Origin: Patescibacteria group bacterium
GTDB taxonomy: Bacteria; Patescibacteriota; Minisyncoccia; Phycocordibacterales; Phycocordibacteraceae
Direction of reading: 5' to 3'
Length of the DNA: 64,000 nt
NCBI GenBank assembly: GCA_024653825.1
Contig: JANLHF010000039.1
Span: 6,945 to 70,944 of the forward strand
Within the stretch, counting starts at the first letter, position 1. The number at the start of each line of letters is the position of its first letter. Positions 1 through 8,171 of this stretch are shown one piece after another. Below the pieces are notes generated by a model that saw only the letters and a list, made by a program, of their open reading frames with translations, was not told where the DNA came from and did no database searches. Both the position numbers and the translations under genes were made by a program.

Positions 1-1617
1 CCGCACCTGCGCTTTCTTGAGAATCAGGTAAAGAAGTTGGAACGCGCTGATGCGTTGCGCACCGATCTCGTCGGCCTCGCGCAGACCTACTTCGCCATTG
101 AGGACGCGTATCTCGCGCAGGAAAAAGAAAGAGTCATCGGAGAGAAACGCGATGCAGCAGAACGGCTTGCGGTAGCGAGCGCCGAGCTCGATCGCATCGC
201 AGATCCGAAGTCCGCAGACCACGAGACTGTGAAGCGCACTGAGGCTTTGCGGAAGGCGGAGCGGGAAGTGAGCGAACTTTCTGCAGAGCGCGCCACACTC
301 TCACGCGACATAGGACGACTGGAAGGCGCTCTGACCGAAGTGAAGCGTCGGGCCACTTCAGCGGCGCACGAGCCATATGCGAAGGTGTCGCGCGAGGAGC
401 TTGAAGCACTACACAGTGAGGTTGTACGACAGGCTGAAAACGCCGGAAACAGTAGCGAATCTCTGCGCGCTGCGCTTGATGCGATTAAGCGTACGATACA
501 ATTCTTTTTTTCTCGCTATGGCTCCCCCAGCGATGAGAAGTTTTCTGAAGAGGAAAATACGGCGTTTCGACTGGAACAGGAGCGTACCGCGCTTGCGGAG
601 AAATACACAACGGTTTCCGCTGATCTTGAGAGGGCAGAAACTTCGCGCGCGCGTGCGCGCGAGGCGATGGTTGCTCTTGAAGAGACCGGTCGCGATATTC
701 GCCGCCATATTCTGGACTTCGCACAGGCGAAGGCACATGAAGAAGGCGAGGTGGCAAAGTATGAAGCACGCGAATACGAGCTCGGTGTTCTTACTGAAGA
801 ACTTGAACGAGATAAAAGGGAAGTTCTCGCGATTGGTGGGACCGCCGCCCTCTCTTATGCATCGCTCTCACAACTGCCGAGCGAAGATCGCAAGACACAA
901 GAAGAGCGCCAGCGTATTCTGGAGCGCACAAAGATCCGTTTAGAAGAAGCAGGTGGGACAGGCGAAGAGCTTCGACAGGAGCATAAAGAGGTGTCTGAGC
1001 GAGAAGCATTCCTCGCCACCGAACTCGACGATCTCGCGAAATCAGCGGCGGGTCTGCGCGAACTCATCCACGATTTAGATACGGAATTACAGAAGCATTT
1101 CTCCGAAGGGCTCGCCAAGGTCAACGCTTCGTTCGGTGAATATTTTGCACTTATGTTCGGCGGTGGTGGCGCACGGCTCACGCTTGAAGAGCCTGATGAA
1201 CCGGACGAAGACGACCTTGAGTCTGAAGAAGAAATGGATGAATTGCCGAAGGAGAAAGAACGTCAGGGTATAGAAATAGCGGTGAATCTGCCGAAGAAGA
1301 AGGTGCGCTCGCTGATGCAACTCTCGGGCGGGGAGCGCGCGCTCACCTCTATCGCGCTCATATTCGCGATGAGTCAGGTGAATCCGCCACCATTTTTGAT
1401 ACTGGACGAGACTGATGCCGCGCTCGACGAGGCGAACAGCCGTCGCTATGGGGACATGATAGAAAACCTCGCGAAGAAGAGTCAGCTCATCGTCATCACC
1501 CACAACCGCGAGACCATGAGCCGCACCGGCATCCTCTACGGCGTCACGATGGGCGGCGACGGAGTCTCCAAATTATTGTCAGTAAAATTCGAAGAAGCAG
1601 TACAAGTAGCGAAGTAG
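1..1617 (+). CDS. smc: SMC-family ATPase, 5'-truncated by the window edge; short form with no recognisable hinge
   Basis: Frame is open from position 1. The C-terminal head has LSGGE signature, Walker B/D-loop ILDETDAALDEAN and ITHN, preceded by coiled coil. Confidence 0.92.
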   Translation, partial: PHLRFLENQVKKLERADALRTDLVGLAQTYFAIEDAYLAQEKERVIGEKRDAAERLAVASAELDRIADPKSADHETVKRTEALRKAEREVSELSAERATLSRDIGRLEGALTEVKRRATSAAHEPYAKVSREELEALHSEVVRQAENAGNSSESLRAALDAIKRTIQFFFSRYGSPSDEKFSEEENTAFRLEQERTALAEKYTTVSADLERAETSRARAREAMVALEETGRDIRRHILDFAQAKAHEEGEVAKYEAREYELGVLTEELERDKREVLAIGGTAALSYASLSQLPSEDRKTQEERQRILERTKIRLEEAGGTGEELRQEHKEVSEREAFLATELDDLAKSAAGLRELIHDLDTELQKHFSEGLAKVNASFGEYFALMFGGGGARLTLEEPDEPDEDDLESEEEMDELPKEKERQGIEIAVNLPKKKVRSLMQLSGGERALTSIALIFAMSQVNPPPFLILDETDAALDEANSRRYGDMIENLAKKSQLIVITHNRETMSRTGILYGVTMGGDGVSKLLSVKFEEAVQVAK

Positions 1618-1745
1618 GAGTATACTAAACCCATTAAACCTAATTTACGAATATGTCATTTCTAGAACGTTTCGAGTTCTGTGGAGGTTAAACCTCCGCA
1701 GGAAATAAAAACGCAGGCGGTGAAGCCTGCGTGAATTGTGTCGGT

Positions 1746-2843
1746 TCATTCCTCCGCCTTCTTGATCGCCTCTCGAGCGACAGATGCGTGGCGAGCGCCT
1801 TTGATATTTTCCACGATCTTCGGCGCAAGATCGTTCGCGAGGTGAAGCGTCCGCGCGATGGCGCTCACTGCCGAGCCGCTCGCCACCTTCGGCACATCAC
1901 CGCTTTCGTGCATTCGCGCGACGATGCGGAGATGCTCGTCGCCGGTCATCACCGCGCGTTCGAGACCTGTGCCGACCGACTTGCGAGCCCCATCGAGTGC
2001 GTCTTGGATGGAGAGCCCGAACATATCGCCCTGGCCTTGAAGCTGCTTGATCTGTTCGGAGACCCAGGCCGCAGCCGCTTTCGTGGTCTTCTGTTGGACG
2101 ACCAGCACGTACGCGAGATGAAGCAGTTCTTGTTCCGCGTACGGCTTATGCTTCAGCTGCCGCGCCTCCTGGAGGCGAGCGAGCTCGCAGAGAATGCCGA
2201 AGGCAATGCCCTTCTTATATTCCGGGCTCGGGAGCACCAGCCTCTGCACGCGTATCGGTAGTGAAGTGAAGCGGACCGAACGGCGCATGGCTTCAGGCGT
2301 CTTGCCCCTCTGACGGGCGAACCCGCCGAGGGTGAGCTTCGGATGTTTTGACTTTTCCTGCCGCCAGAGAAGCGTTAGGAACTTTGCTTCTTCATCCTGC
2401 CGCACTTCTTCGTGCTGATTTTCCTGGTACTGCATGGTGAGCGCTTCAGAGAAGCTGCATCCGACATGCAGATTGCAGAAAAAGGTCGTGATGCCGGCCT
2501 GCTCAACGGCGTCTCTTCGGCGATGGCCTGCTACTAGGAACAAATAGAAGTGGTCATTCAGTTCCTGTAGATATGCCGGTGTGAAGTCCCCGATAGCATA
2601 GGCGGTACCCCACATCTCATTGATCTGGCTCAAATACTTCACCGCATCTGCTCGCGTGAGCGCGACGACGATACCTGCCATCATTTGGCCGATCGCTTTG
2701 ATGCCCGCCGTCAGGTTCTCGATGCCTTCTTTGGAGACGGTTCCTCTCATCTGGACGAGCGTATGGATCATCTCGAGAGGGATCTTCACGGAGTAGACGC
2801 CCTTGGGCAATGTCGCAGCCGAGGCGGCTAAGCTAATTTCCAT
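1746..2843 (-). CDS. ParB/Srx N-terminal-domain protein (orphan ParB-like)
   Basis: LVAGHRR arginine patch, EN motif and an HTH-like segment; GGAGG SD. Confidence 0.6.
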   Translation of the reverse strand: MEISLAASAATLPKGVYSVKIPLEMIHTLVQMRGTVSKEGIENLTAGIKAIGQMMAGIVVALTRADAVKYLSQINEMWGTAYAIGDFTPAYLQELNDHFYLFLVAGHRRRDAVEQAGITTFFCNLHVGCSFSEALTMQYQENQHEEVRQDEEAKFLTLLWRQEKSKHPKLTLGGFARQRGKTPEAMRRSVRFTSLPIRVQRLVLPSPEYKKGIAFGILCELARLQEARQLKHKPYAEQELLHLAYVLVVQQKTTKAAAAWVSEQIKQLQGQGDMFGLSIQDALDGARKSVGTGLERAVMTGDEHLRIVARMHESGDVPKVASGSAVSAIARTLHLANDLAPKIVENIKGARHASVAREAIKKAEE

Positions 2844-2930
2844 TCAACCTCCACAGTGGGTGAGGGAAGTGCAAAAAAGTACTGTCTGCAGACACCGTAT
2901 CCCTCCTCGGAAGTAAAATCAATGAAACGG

Positions 2931-4904
2931 TTATGCCGGCACGAAGTCGAGTTCTTTTTCTGGAATACGCGCGGCGGTTAATTTAACCCGGATAGGGTCG
3001 CCGAGTTGGAAGGCTTTATGTGTGCGCTTGCCGACGAGGCGGTAGTGCTTCTCGTCATATTCAAAATAGTCGTCGCCGACGAGCCTGATATTTATCATCC
3101 CATCGGCATGCGTGGTTTGCTCTTCTACATAGAGTCCGCGCTCGGTCACGCCGGAAATGACGGCGTCAAATTCCTCGCCGATGCGTGGCGCGAGGAACTC
3201 CACCTGCTTCATTTTGATAGAGTCGCGCTCGGCGTCCGAAGCGCCGACTTCGCGCTCGGAGGCATGGATAGCGAGCTTGTCGAATGACTGCATCTCATTT
3301 GGCGTGATAGGGTCGCCACCGCTATGCGCCTTAATCAATCTGTGGATAACGAGGTCGGGGTAGCGGCGGATTGGGGAAGTGAAGTGTGTATAAAAGTCGA
3401 AGGCGAGACCGAAGTGGCCGATATTCTTTGTTGTATAGATAGCCTTGCTCATCGAGCGAAGCGTCGCCATCTTCACAAGATACTCCTCCGGCTTCCCTTT
3501 CACCGATTCCATAAGTTTGTTCAATTCGGCACCGGTCACTTGCCCACTGCCGCTCGTCTTCAGATGATAGCCCATAACGCGGAGAAGATTAGCAAGGTTT
3601 TCAATGCGGTCTGTGTCCGGCTCGTCGTGAACGCGATAGAGCGACTGGAAGTGCGAGCCGCCCTTGCTCGAGAGTTTAGAAAGGTGTTTCGCGACTGCTT
3701 CGTTCGCGAGGAGCATAAAGTCTTCGATCATCAGCATCGTATCCTTGCGCTCTTTGAGATGTATGGCGATCGGCTTGCCTTCAGCATCGAGTTCGATCTT
3801 GACCTCTGCTGTGTCGAATTCGACTGCGCCCTTGGCCTGGCGGCGCACGCGTATTTTCTTGGAGAGCGCGAGCAGAGTAGAAAGTTCTTCATACATCGTG
3901 CCGCTTCCCGCATCGAGCACCTCCTGCGCATTTTCATACGTAAAGCGCTTGTCGGAGTGGATAACCGTCTCGCCGAACCATTCGCTGACGATGTTCGCGT
4001 CGCTATCGAGCGTGAAAACTGCCGAAACGGCGAGACGATCTTCGTCCGGCTTAAGAGAACACAAATCATTCGACAAAACTTCGGGGAGCATCGGGATGGT
4101 GCGATCAACGAGGTACACACTTGTTGCGCGCGCCACCGCTTCTTTATCAAGCTCCGTGCCGGGCGAAACAAAGAACGAAACGTCAGCGATGTGTACACCG
4201 ACTTCAATGTTCCCATCGGGCAATTTCTGCACTGAGAGAGCATCGTCAAAGTCTTTTGCATCAAAGGGGTCGATAGTGCAGGTAGGGACTTTTCTAAAAT
4301 CTCTACGCTTCGGACTCCTCGCTTCCTCTGCGAGTATCGCCGCACCGTTTTTTTCGAGCTTTTCGGCATCCGCAACGACACCGGGAGGGAAGTCGCTTGA
4401 GAATCCTTGACCGAGCGCGAGTGCACGCATCTCGGTCTCGTGCATGCCGGCCTTGCCGATGTCTTCTTCAATCGTGCCGAGCGGGTAATCCTTGTCTGCG
4501 GCCCACTCGCCGAGCCGTACGAGGACCTTGTCGCCAAGCTGGGCGTCGCCCCGGTCAAGAATGACAATCGGCACGTACATCTTCTTGTAGTCGGGGGCAA
4601 GGAGGGTGAGACCGTTTTCTTCAACCAATGTTCCCACAAACGTTTCTCGAGCTCTAGAAACGATTTCAACCACCTTGCCCGAGGCGCGTGGCGGCATCCG
4701 GCCCATCGGGTCGCTATACATGCCTGCTGGGGCGACTTTAACAATGTCGCCCGCGAGCGCGTGGTTTGCCCATTCCTTAGGTATGAGCAGGTCTTCTTCC
4801 TGCTTGCCCTTCGTAGCCTTGGCGGAGGAGGGCCCTTCCACAGAGAAAAAGCCGATGCCTTTTCGGGTCATCGTTATAGGACCTTCGTAAATTGCCTGCG
4901 CCAT
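2931..4904 (-). CDS. rnr: Ribonuclease R (RNB domain + S1)
   Basis: TIDPFDAKDFDDALS and YTHFTSPIRRYPDL motifs. Start moved to MAQAIY (4904) because the longer ORF overlaps rpsP. Confidence 0.93.
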   Translation of the reverse strand: MAQAIYEGPITMTRKGIGFFSVEGPSSAKATKGKQEEDLLIPKEWANHALAGDIVKVAPAGMYSDPMGRMPPRASGKVVEIVSRARETFVGTLVEENGLTLLAPDYKKMYVPIVILDRGDAQLGDKVLVRLGEWAADKDYPLGTIEEDIGKAGMHETEMRALALGQGFSSDFPPGVVADAEKLEKNGAAILAEEARSPKRRDFRKVPTCTIDPFDAKDFDDALSVQKLPDGNIEVGVHIADVSFFVSPGTELDKEAVARATSVYLVDRTIPMLPEVLSNDLCSLKPDEDRLAVSAVFTLDSDANIVSEWFGETVIHSDKRFTYENAQEVLDAGSGTMYEELSTLLALSKKIRVRRQAKGAVEFDTAEVKIELDAEGKPIAIHLKERKDTMLMIEDFMLLANEAVAKHLSKLSSKGGSHFQSLYRVHDEPDTDRIENLANLLRVMGYHLKTSGSGQVTGAELNKLMESVKGKPEEYLVKMATLRSMSKAIYTTKNIGHFGLAFDFYTHFTSPIRRYPDLVIHRLIKAHSGGDPITPNEMQSFDKLAIHASEREVGASDAERDSIKMKQVEFLAPRIGEEFDAVISGVTERGLYVEEQTTHADGMINIRLVGDDYFEYDEKHYRLVGKRTHKAFQLGDPIRVKLTAARIPEKELDFVPA

Positions 4905-4940
4905 TTGCCCTACTGTAACACTTCTGCTATAGTCGCTCCA
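4905..4940. promoter_or_regulatory. Back-to-back extended -10 promoters for rnr and rpsP
   Basis: TGC-TATAGT (4928-4933) lies 7 nt before the rpsP ATG; on the minus strand TGT-TACAGT (4917-4912) lies 7 nt before the rnr ATG. Confidence 0.7.
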
Positions 4941-5414
4941 ATGTTGATGATTCGCTTTCAGCGCATCGGCCGGACCAATGATCCGGCATTTCGCATTGTC
5001 GTCCTTGAGAAAGAGCGCGCAGCGAAGGCCGGCAATATCGTCGAACTCCTTGGGACCTACAATCCGCGTAGCAAGGCGCTTACGCTCAATGAGGAACAGG
5101 TGAAGCATTGGATAAGTATGGGCGCTCAGCCGACCGATTCCATCCACAACCTCCTTATCAACAAGGGCATCATCCAGGGTAAGAAGATAAACGTGCTTCA
5201 GAAGCACACGCCGCAGAAGAATGAGGCTGCGATAGCCGCAGCCCCGACGCAAGAAGTCGGGGCGCCGACCGCAAGCGTCGGCGAAGTAATCGTGGAAGCC
5301 CCAATGCCGACCGAAGCCGAAGTCGCAGCAGAAGCTGAGCCGGCTCCGGAGGTAACCCCGGCACCCGAAGTTCCCGCAGAAGAAGAGAAGCCGGCAGAAA
5401 CTCCTGCCGCATAA
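4941..5414 (+). CDS. rpsP: 30S ribosomal protein S16 with acidic Pro/Ala/Glu C-terminal tail
   Basis: MLMIRFQRIGR...FRIVV...ELLGTYNP...GAQPTD; rpsP-khpA-trmD synteny. Confidence 0.95.
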   Translation: MLMIRFQRIGRTNDPAFRIVVLEKERAAKAGNIVELLGTYNPRSKALTLNEEQVKHWISMGAQPTDSIHNLLINKGIIQGKKINVLQKHTPQKNEAAIAAAPTQEVGAPTASVGEVIVEAPMPTEAEVAAEAEPAPEVTPAPEVPAEEEKPAETPAA

Positions 5415-5451
5415 CTCGCTCCCGCTGAAAGCGGGATGCTAACATATCCCT

Positions 5452-5751
5452 ATGGAACCAGATCAAGCATTTCTTGAATACGCGGTGAAGGCGCTCGTCG
5501 ATCACCCTGAGGCGGTGGAGACTACTCGTGTTATTGATCAGATGGGAGTTCTTCTTACTCTCACGGTTCACCCTGAGGACATGGGCAAGGTAGTGGGTAA
5601 GCTCGGTAAAACGGCCGAGGCATTGCGAGTCTTATTGCGCATTGTCGGGATGAAGGGGAACGCACGCGTAAACCTGAAAATAAACGAGCCCGTTGGCGGT
5701 AAGCGGGAGCAAGAACTCAAGACCATAGACCAAGTGGTTGAAGAGCTATAA
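5452..5751 (+). CDS. khpA: KH-domain RNA-binding protein KhpA/YlqC
   Basis: LVDHPE, DMGKVVGKLGKTAEALR; directly after rpsP. Confidence 0.9.
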   Translation: MEPDQAFLEYAVKALVDHPEAVETTRVIDQMGVLLTLTVHPEDMGKVVGKLGKTAEALRVLLRIVGMKGNARVNLKINEPVGGKREQELKTIDQVVEEL

Positions 5752-5759
5752 AGACAAAA

Positions 5760-6155
5760 ATGAAAGCGAAAATAAGTATTATAACGCTTGGGGTAAAAAA
5801 TCTAGTGAAATCAAAGAAATTTTACGCGAAACTTGGATTCAAGGCGAATGATAAATATAAGGGAATAATATTTTTCAAACTTCAGAATCTGACCCTTGCG
5901 CTCTTCCCACAAAAAGAGCTCGCGGAAGATGCAACGGTATCTGTGAAGGGAAGCGGTTTCCGTAGTTTTACCCTCGCGCACAACGTATCCTCAAAGAAAA
6001 AAGTCGATGCTGTCCTTGCGGAGGCGAAAAAAGCCGGAGGACGAATTGTAAAATTTGGGCAAGACGTTTCTTGGGGCGGATACTCAGGATATTTTAAGGA
6101 TCCTGATGGATTTTTGTGGGAAGTGGCATGGAATCCTTTCATGGATCTTGTTTAA
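5760..6155 (+). CDS. VOC/glyoxalase family protein
   Basis: ITLGV...FY...LAHNV...WGGYSGYFKDPDGFLWEVAWNP. Confidence 0.9.
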   Translation: MKAKISIITLGVKNLVKSKKFYAKLGFKANDKYKGIIFFKLQNLTLALFPQKELAEDATVSVKGSGFRSFTLAHNVSSKKKVDAVLAEAKKAGGRIVKFGQDVSWGGYSGYFKDPDGFLWEVAWNPFMDLV

Positions 6156-6158
6156 TAA

Positions 6159-6824
6159 ATGAAATTTCACTTAATCACACTTTTCCCCGAGGCCTGTGAC
6201 GCATATTTGAGCGCGTCCATCATCGGTCGCGCGCGGAAGGAAAAAAAGATTTCAATAAAATATCAGAACCCCCGCGACTTCGTCGCGGGGCCGGCGGGTA
6301 GCTATAAGAAGGTAGACGAGAAGCCGTATGGTGGTGGCCCCGGCATGGTAATGATGGCACTTCCAATCGTCAAAGCCGTCCAGAAATCACTTGGGGGTCG
6401 GACCCCCAAGTTGAAGAATCCTGTCATCGTCTGGTTTAAGCCGGGGGCGAAGCAGTTCACCAATAAAGATGCGGACGCGCTCGCGAAATATAGCGACGTG
6501 GTGCTCGTCTGTGGTCGCTACGAGGGCATAGATGAGCGCGCGAAGAAGATTTTAAAAACAATGGCGACAGTAAAAGAATTCGCCGTCGGCGAAGCGGTCT
6601 ACACCGGCGGGGAAGTCCCAGCGCTCGCGATAGTAGACGCCGTCACGCGTCGTCTGCCGGGCGTCCTCGGCAAGGACGCCTCCGTCGAGGAGCGCCGCAT
6701 CGCCTCCTCGGCCGTCTACACCCGTCCCGAAACGATTTCATACAAAGGCAAGAACTATAAAGTGCCAAAGGTCCTCAAAACCGGTCATCACACAAAGATT
6801 GACGCGTGGCGGAAGAAGAAATAA
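6159..6824 (+). CDS. trmD: tRNA (guanine37-N1)-methyltransferase
   Basis: VDEKPYGGGPGMVM, CGRYEGIDER, TGGE, YTRP. Confidence 0.95.
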   Translation: MKFHLITLFPEACDAYLSASIIGRARKEKKISIKYQNPRDFVAGPAGSYKKVDEKPYGGGPGMVMMALPIVKAVQKSLGGRTPKLKNPVIVWFKPGAKQFTNKDADALAKYSDVVLVCGRYEGIDERAKKILKTMATVKEFAVGEAVYTGGEVPALAIVDAVTRRLPGVLGKDASVEERRIASSAVYTRPETISYKGKNYKVPKVLKTGHHTKIDAWRKKK

Positions 6825-6870
6825 AGAAACCCTGCCGCGAGGCAGGGTTGATTGAGTGGAACTGAGCCCG

Positions 6871-7254
6871 TTAAGGGAGGGCGTATTGCTCGAGTATTTC
6901 GAGATAGCGAGTGCCGTCCGGGTCATGCGTCCGCTCGTCACGCGCCGATCGACGCACTTCGCTGATAGCGAAGATCTCGTCTGAGAAGACGCCGCCATAG
7001 TCTGTGTCCGTGCGCGGTTTCTCCATGAGCGGCAGATACACCCGGATGCCGTCGACCCACCGAGGTTCGGCGAGCGTGTCGACGAACGTGATGATGCGGC
7101 CGGCCTCGTCGGGATAGCAGACGAGCACCTTCATGCCCGCCTCCGCCTTACGTACAAAGCTGAGAACGTTCCTTCCGTTCTCCTTGGCATTCCGAACGAT
7201 CTTGCTCGGGGCCTCTGGCTTCGGGTGCAGTACTGCTTGGTTCTTGGACGACAT
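6871..7254 (-). CDS. Hypothetical protein
   Basis: ORF with GAGGAGG SD and upstream TTGACT/TATAAC promoter. Confidence 0.65.
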   Translation of the reverse strand: MSSKNQAVLHPKPEAPSKIVRNAKENGRNVLSFVRKAEAGMKVLVCYPDEAGRIITFVDTLAEPRWVDGIRVYLPLMEKPRTDTDYGGVFSDEIFAISEVRRSARDERTHDPDGTRYLEILEQYALP

Positions 7255-7424
7255 ACGTCCTCCTCAATATGGTTTCGCGGAAAGACCCGCCTGCCTTCGT
7301 TATACTCCTAATAATAAAAAAGTCAATAAACGTGTTATTTACATCTTTGACGATGTGTCGTACTCTCTGACCCAGAAAGATCTGTTCGGGGAAGCCCGAT
7401 AATCTGATACGAGAGGGGAAAGAA

Positions 7425-7907
7425 ATGGACACAAAACAGCTCAACGTACCCGAGAATTTCCACGAACTCTTGCAGCGGCCCGAGAAGAAAGACTTCGAAA
7501 TCACTGCCGTGTACTTCTTGGAACTCTCACACGCACACGGCCTCTGGGGATTCTTCCCGGCCGTGTTCGCCGCCGACACGAAGCGTATGGTTCTCACCCC
7601 GGATGTGTTGCTCCTGAAAGCAGTCTGGGAGACGCTTACGCCGCGTCGCTCACATATCGGCCAGGCGTATTTCTGCTTGAATCCTGCGCTGTCGATCGGT
7701 TACGAGGTCCGTGGCGATTCAGGGAGCGACGAGCAGAAACGGTCCAAGCCGATGCAGATCCTCACGCAAGAGGAATTCAATCGGCTCATCGCTGAAGGAG
7801 GACAACCCTTCCAATGGGCGCCCGGACTCGTCGGCGACGATATGAACGCCGATGAATTCCGCCAAACCATCGAGGCGGCCCAACAAACTCTGCGCGAGGC
7901 TTTCTGA
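7425..7907 (+). CDS. Hypothetical protein
   Basis: ORF with GAGGGG SD, followed by hairpin + U-tract. Confidence 0.7.
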   Translation: MDTKQLNVPENFHELLQRPEKKDFEITAVYFLELSHAHGLWGFFPAVFAADTKRMVLTPDVLLLKAVWETLTPRRSHIGQAYFCLNPALSIGYEVRGDSGSDEQKRSKPMQILTQEEFNRLIAEGGQPFQWAPGLVGDDMNADEFRQTIEAAQQTLREAF

Positions 7908-7983
7908 AGCACACGACCCGCAACGGCGAGAAAGAGTCTCGCCGTCGCGGGCCTTTTTCTTATCCCCAGTCCCGTTTAGGGGC

Positions 7984-8012
7984 TTGCGGAAAAAGAGGGG
8001 TACTGATACAGT
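7984..8012 (+). promoter_or_regulatory. sigma70-type promoter of rpoBC
   Basis: TTGCGG-17 bp-TACAGT with TG extension; about 150-nt leader. Confidence 0.5.
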
Positions 8013-8171
8013 ACGGGCACAAGATACGAGTGAGTCACGGAGGGCGGGGAGTACAGATTCATACGGGAGCCGAAAGAAAACGCGATAGCGATAGCGGATT
8101 TATTTCCGTGCGTGCGCATTTATATATAGGGAAAAGTGCAGCCAACTTACTAAACCTTACGCTACCCTCAC

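Noticed and set aside
4407-5252. Long N-terminal extensions of rnr and rpsP in the ORF track
   Set aside because: They overlap each other's conserved coding regions; -10 boxes support starts at 4904 and 4941
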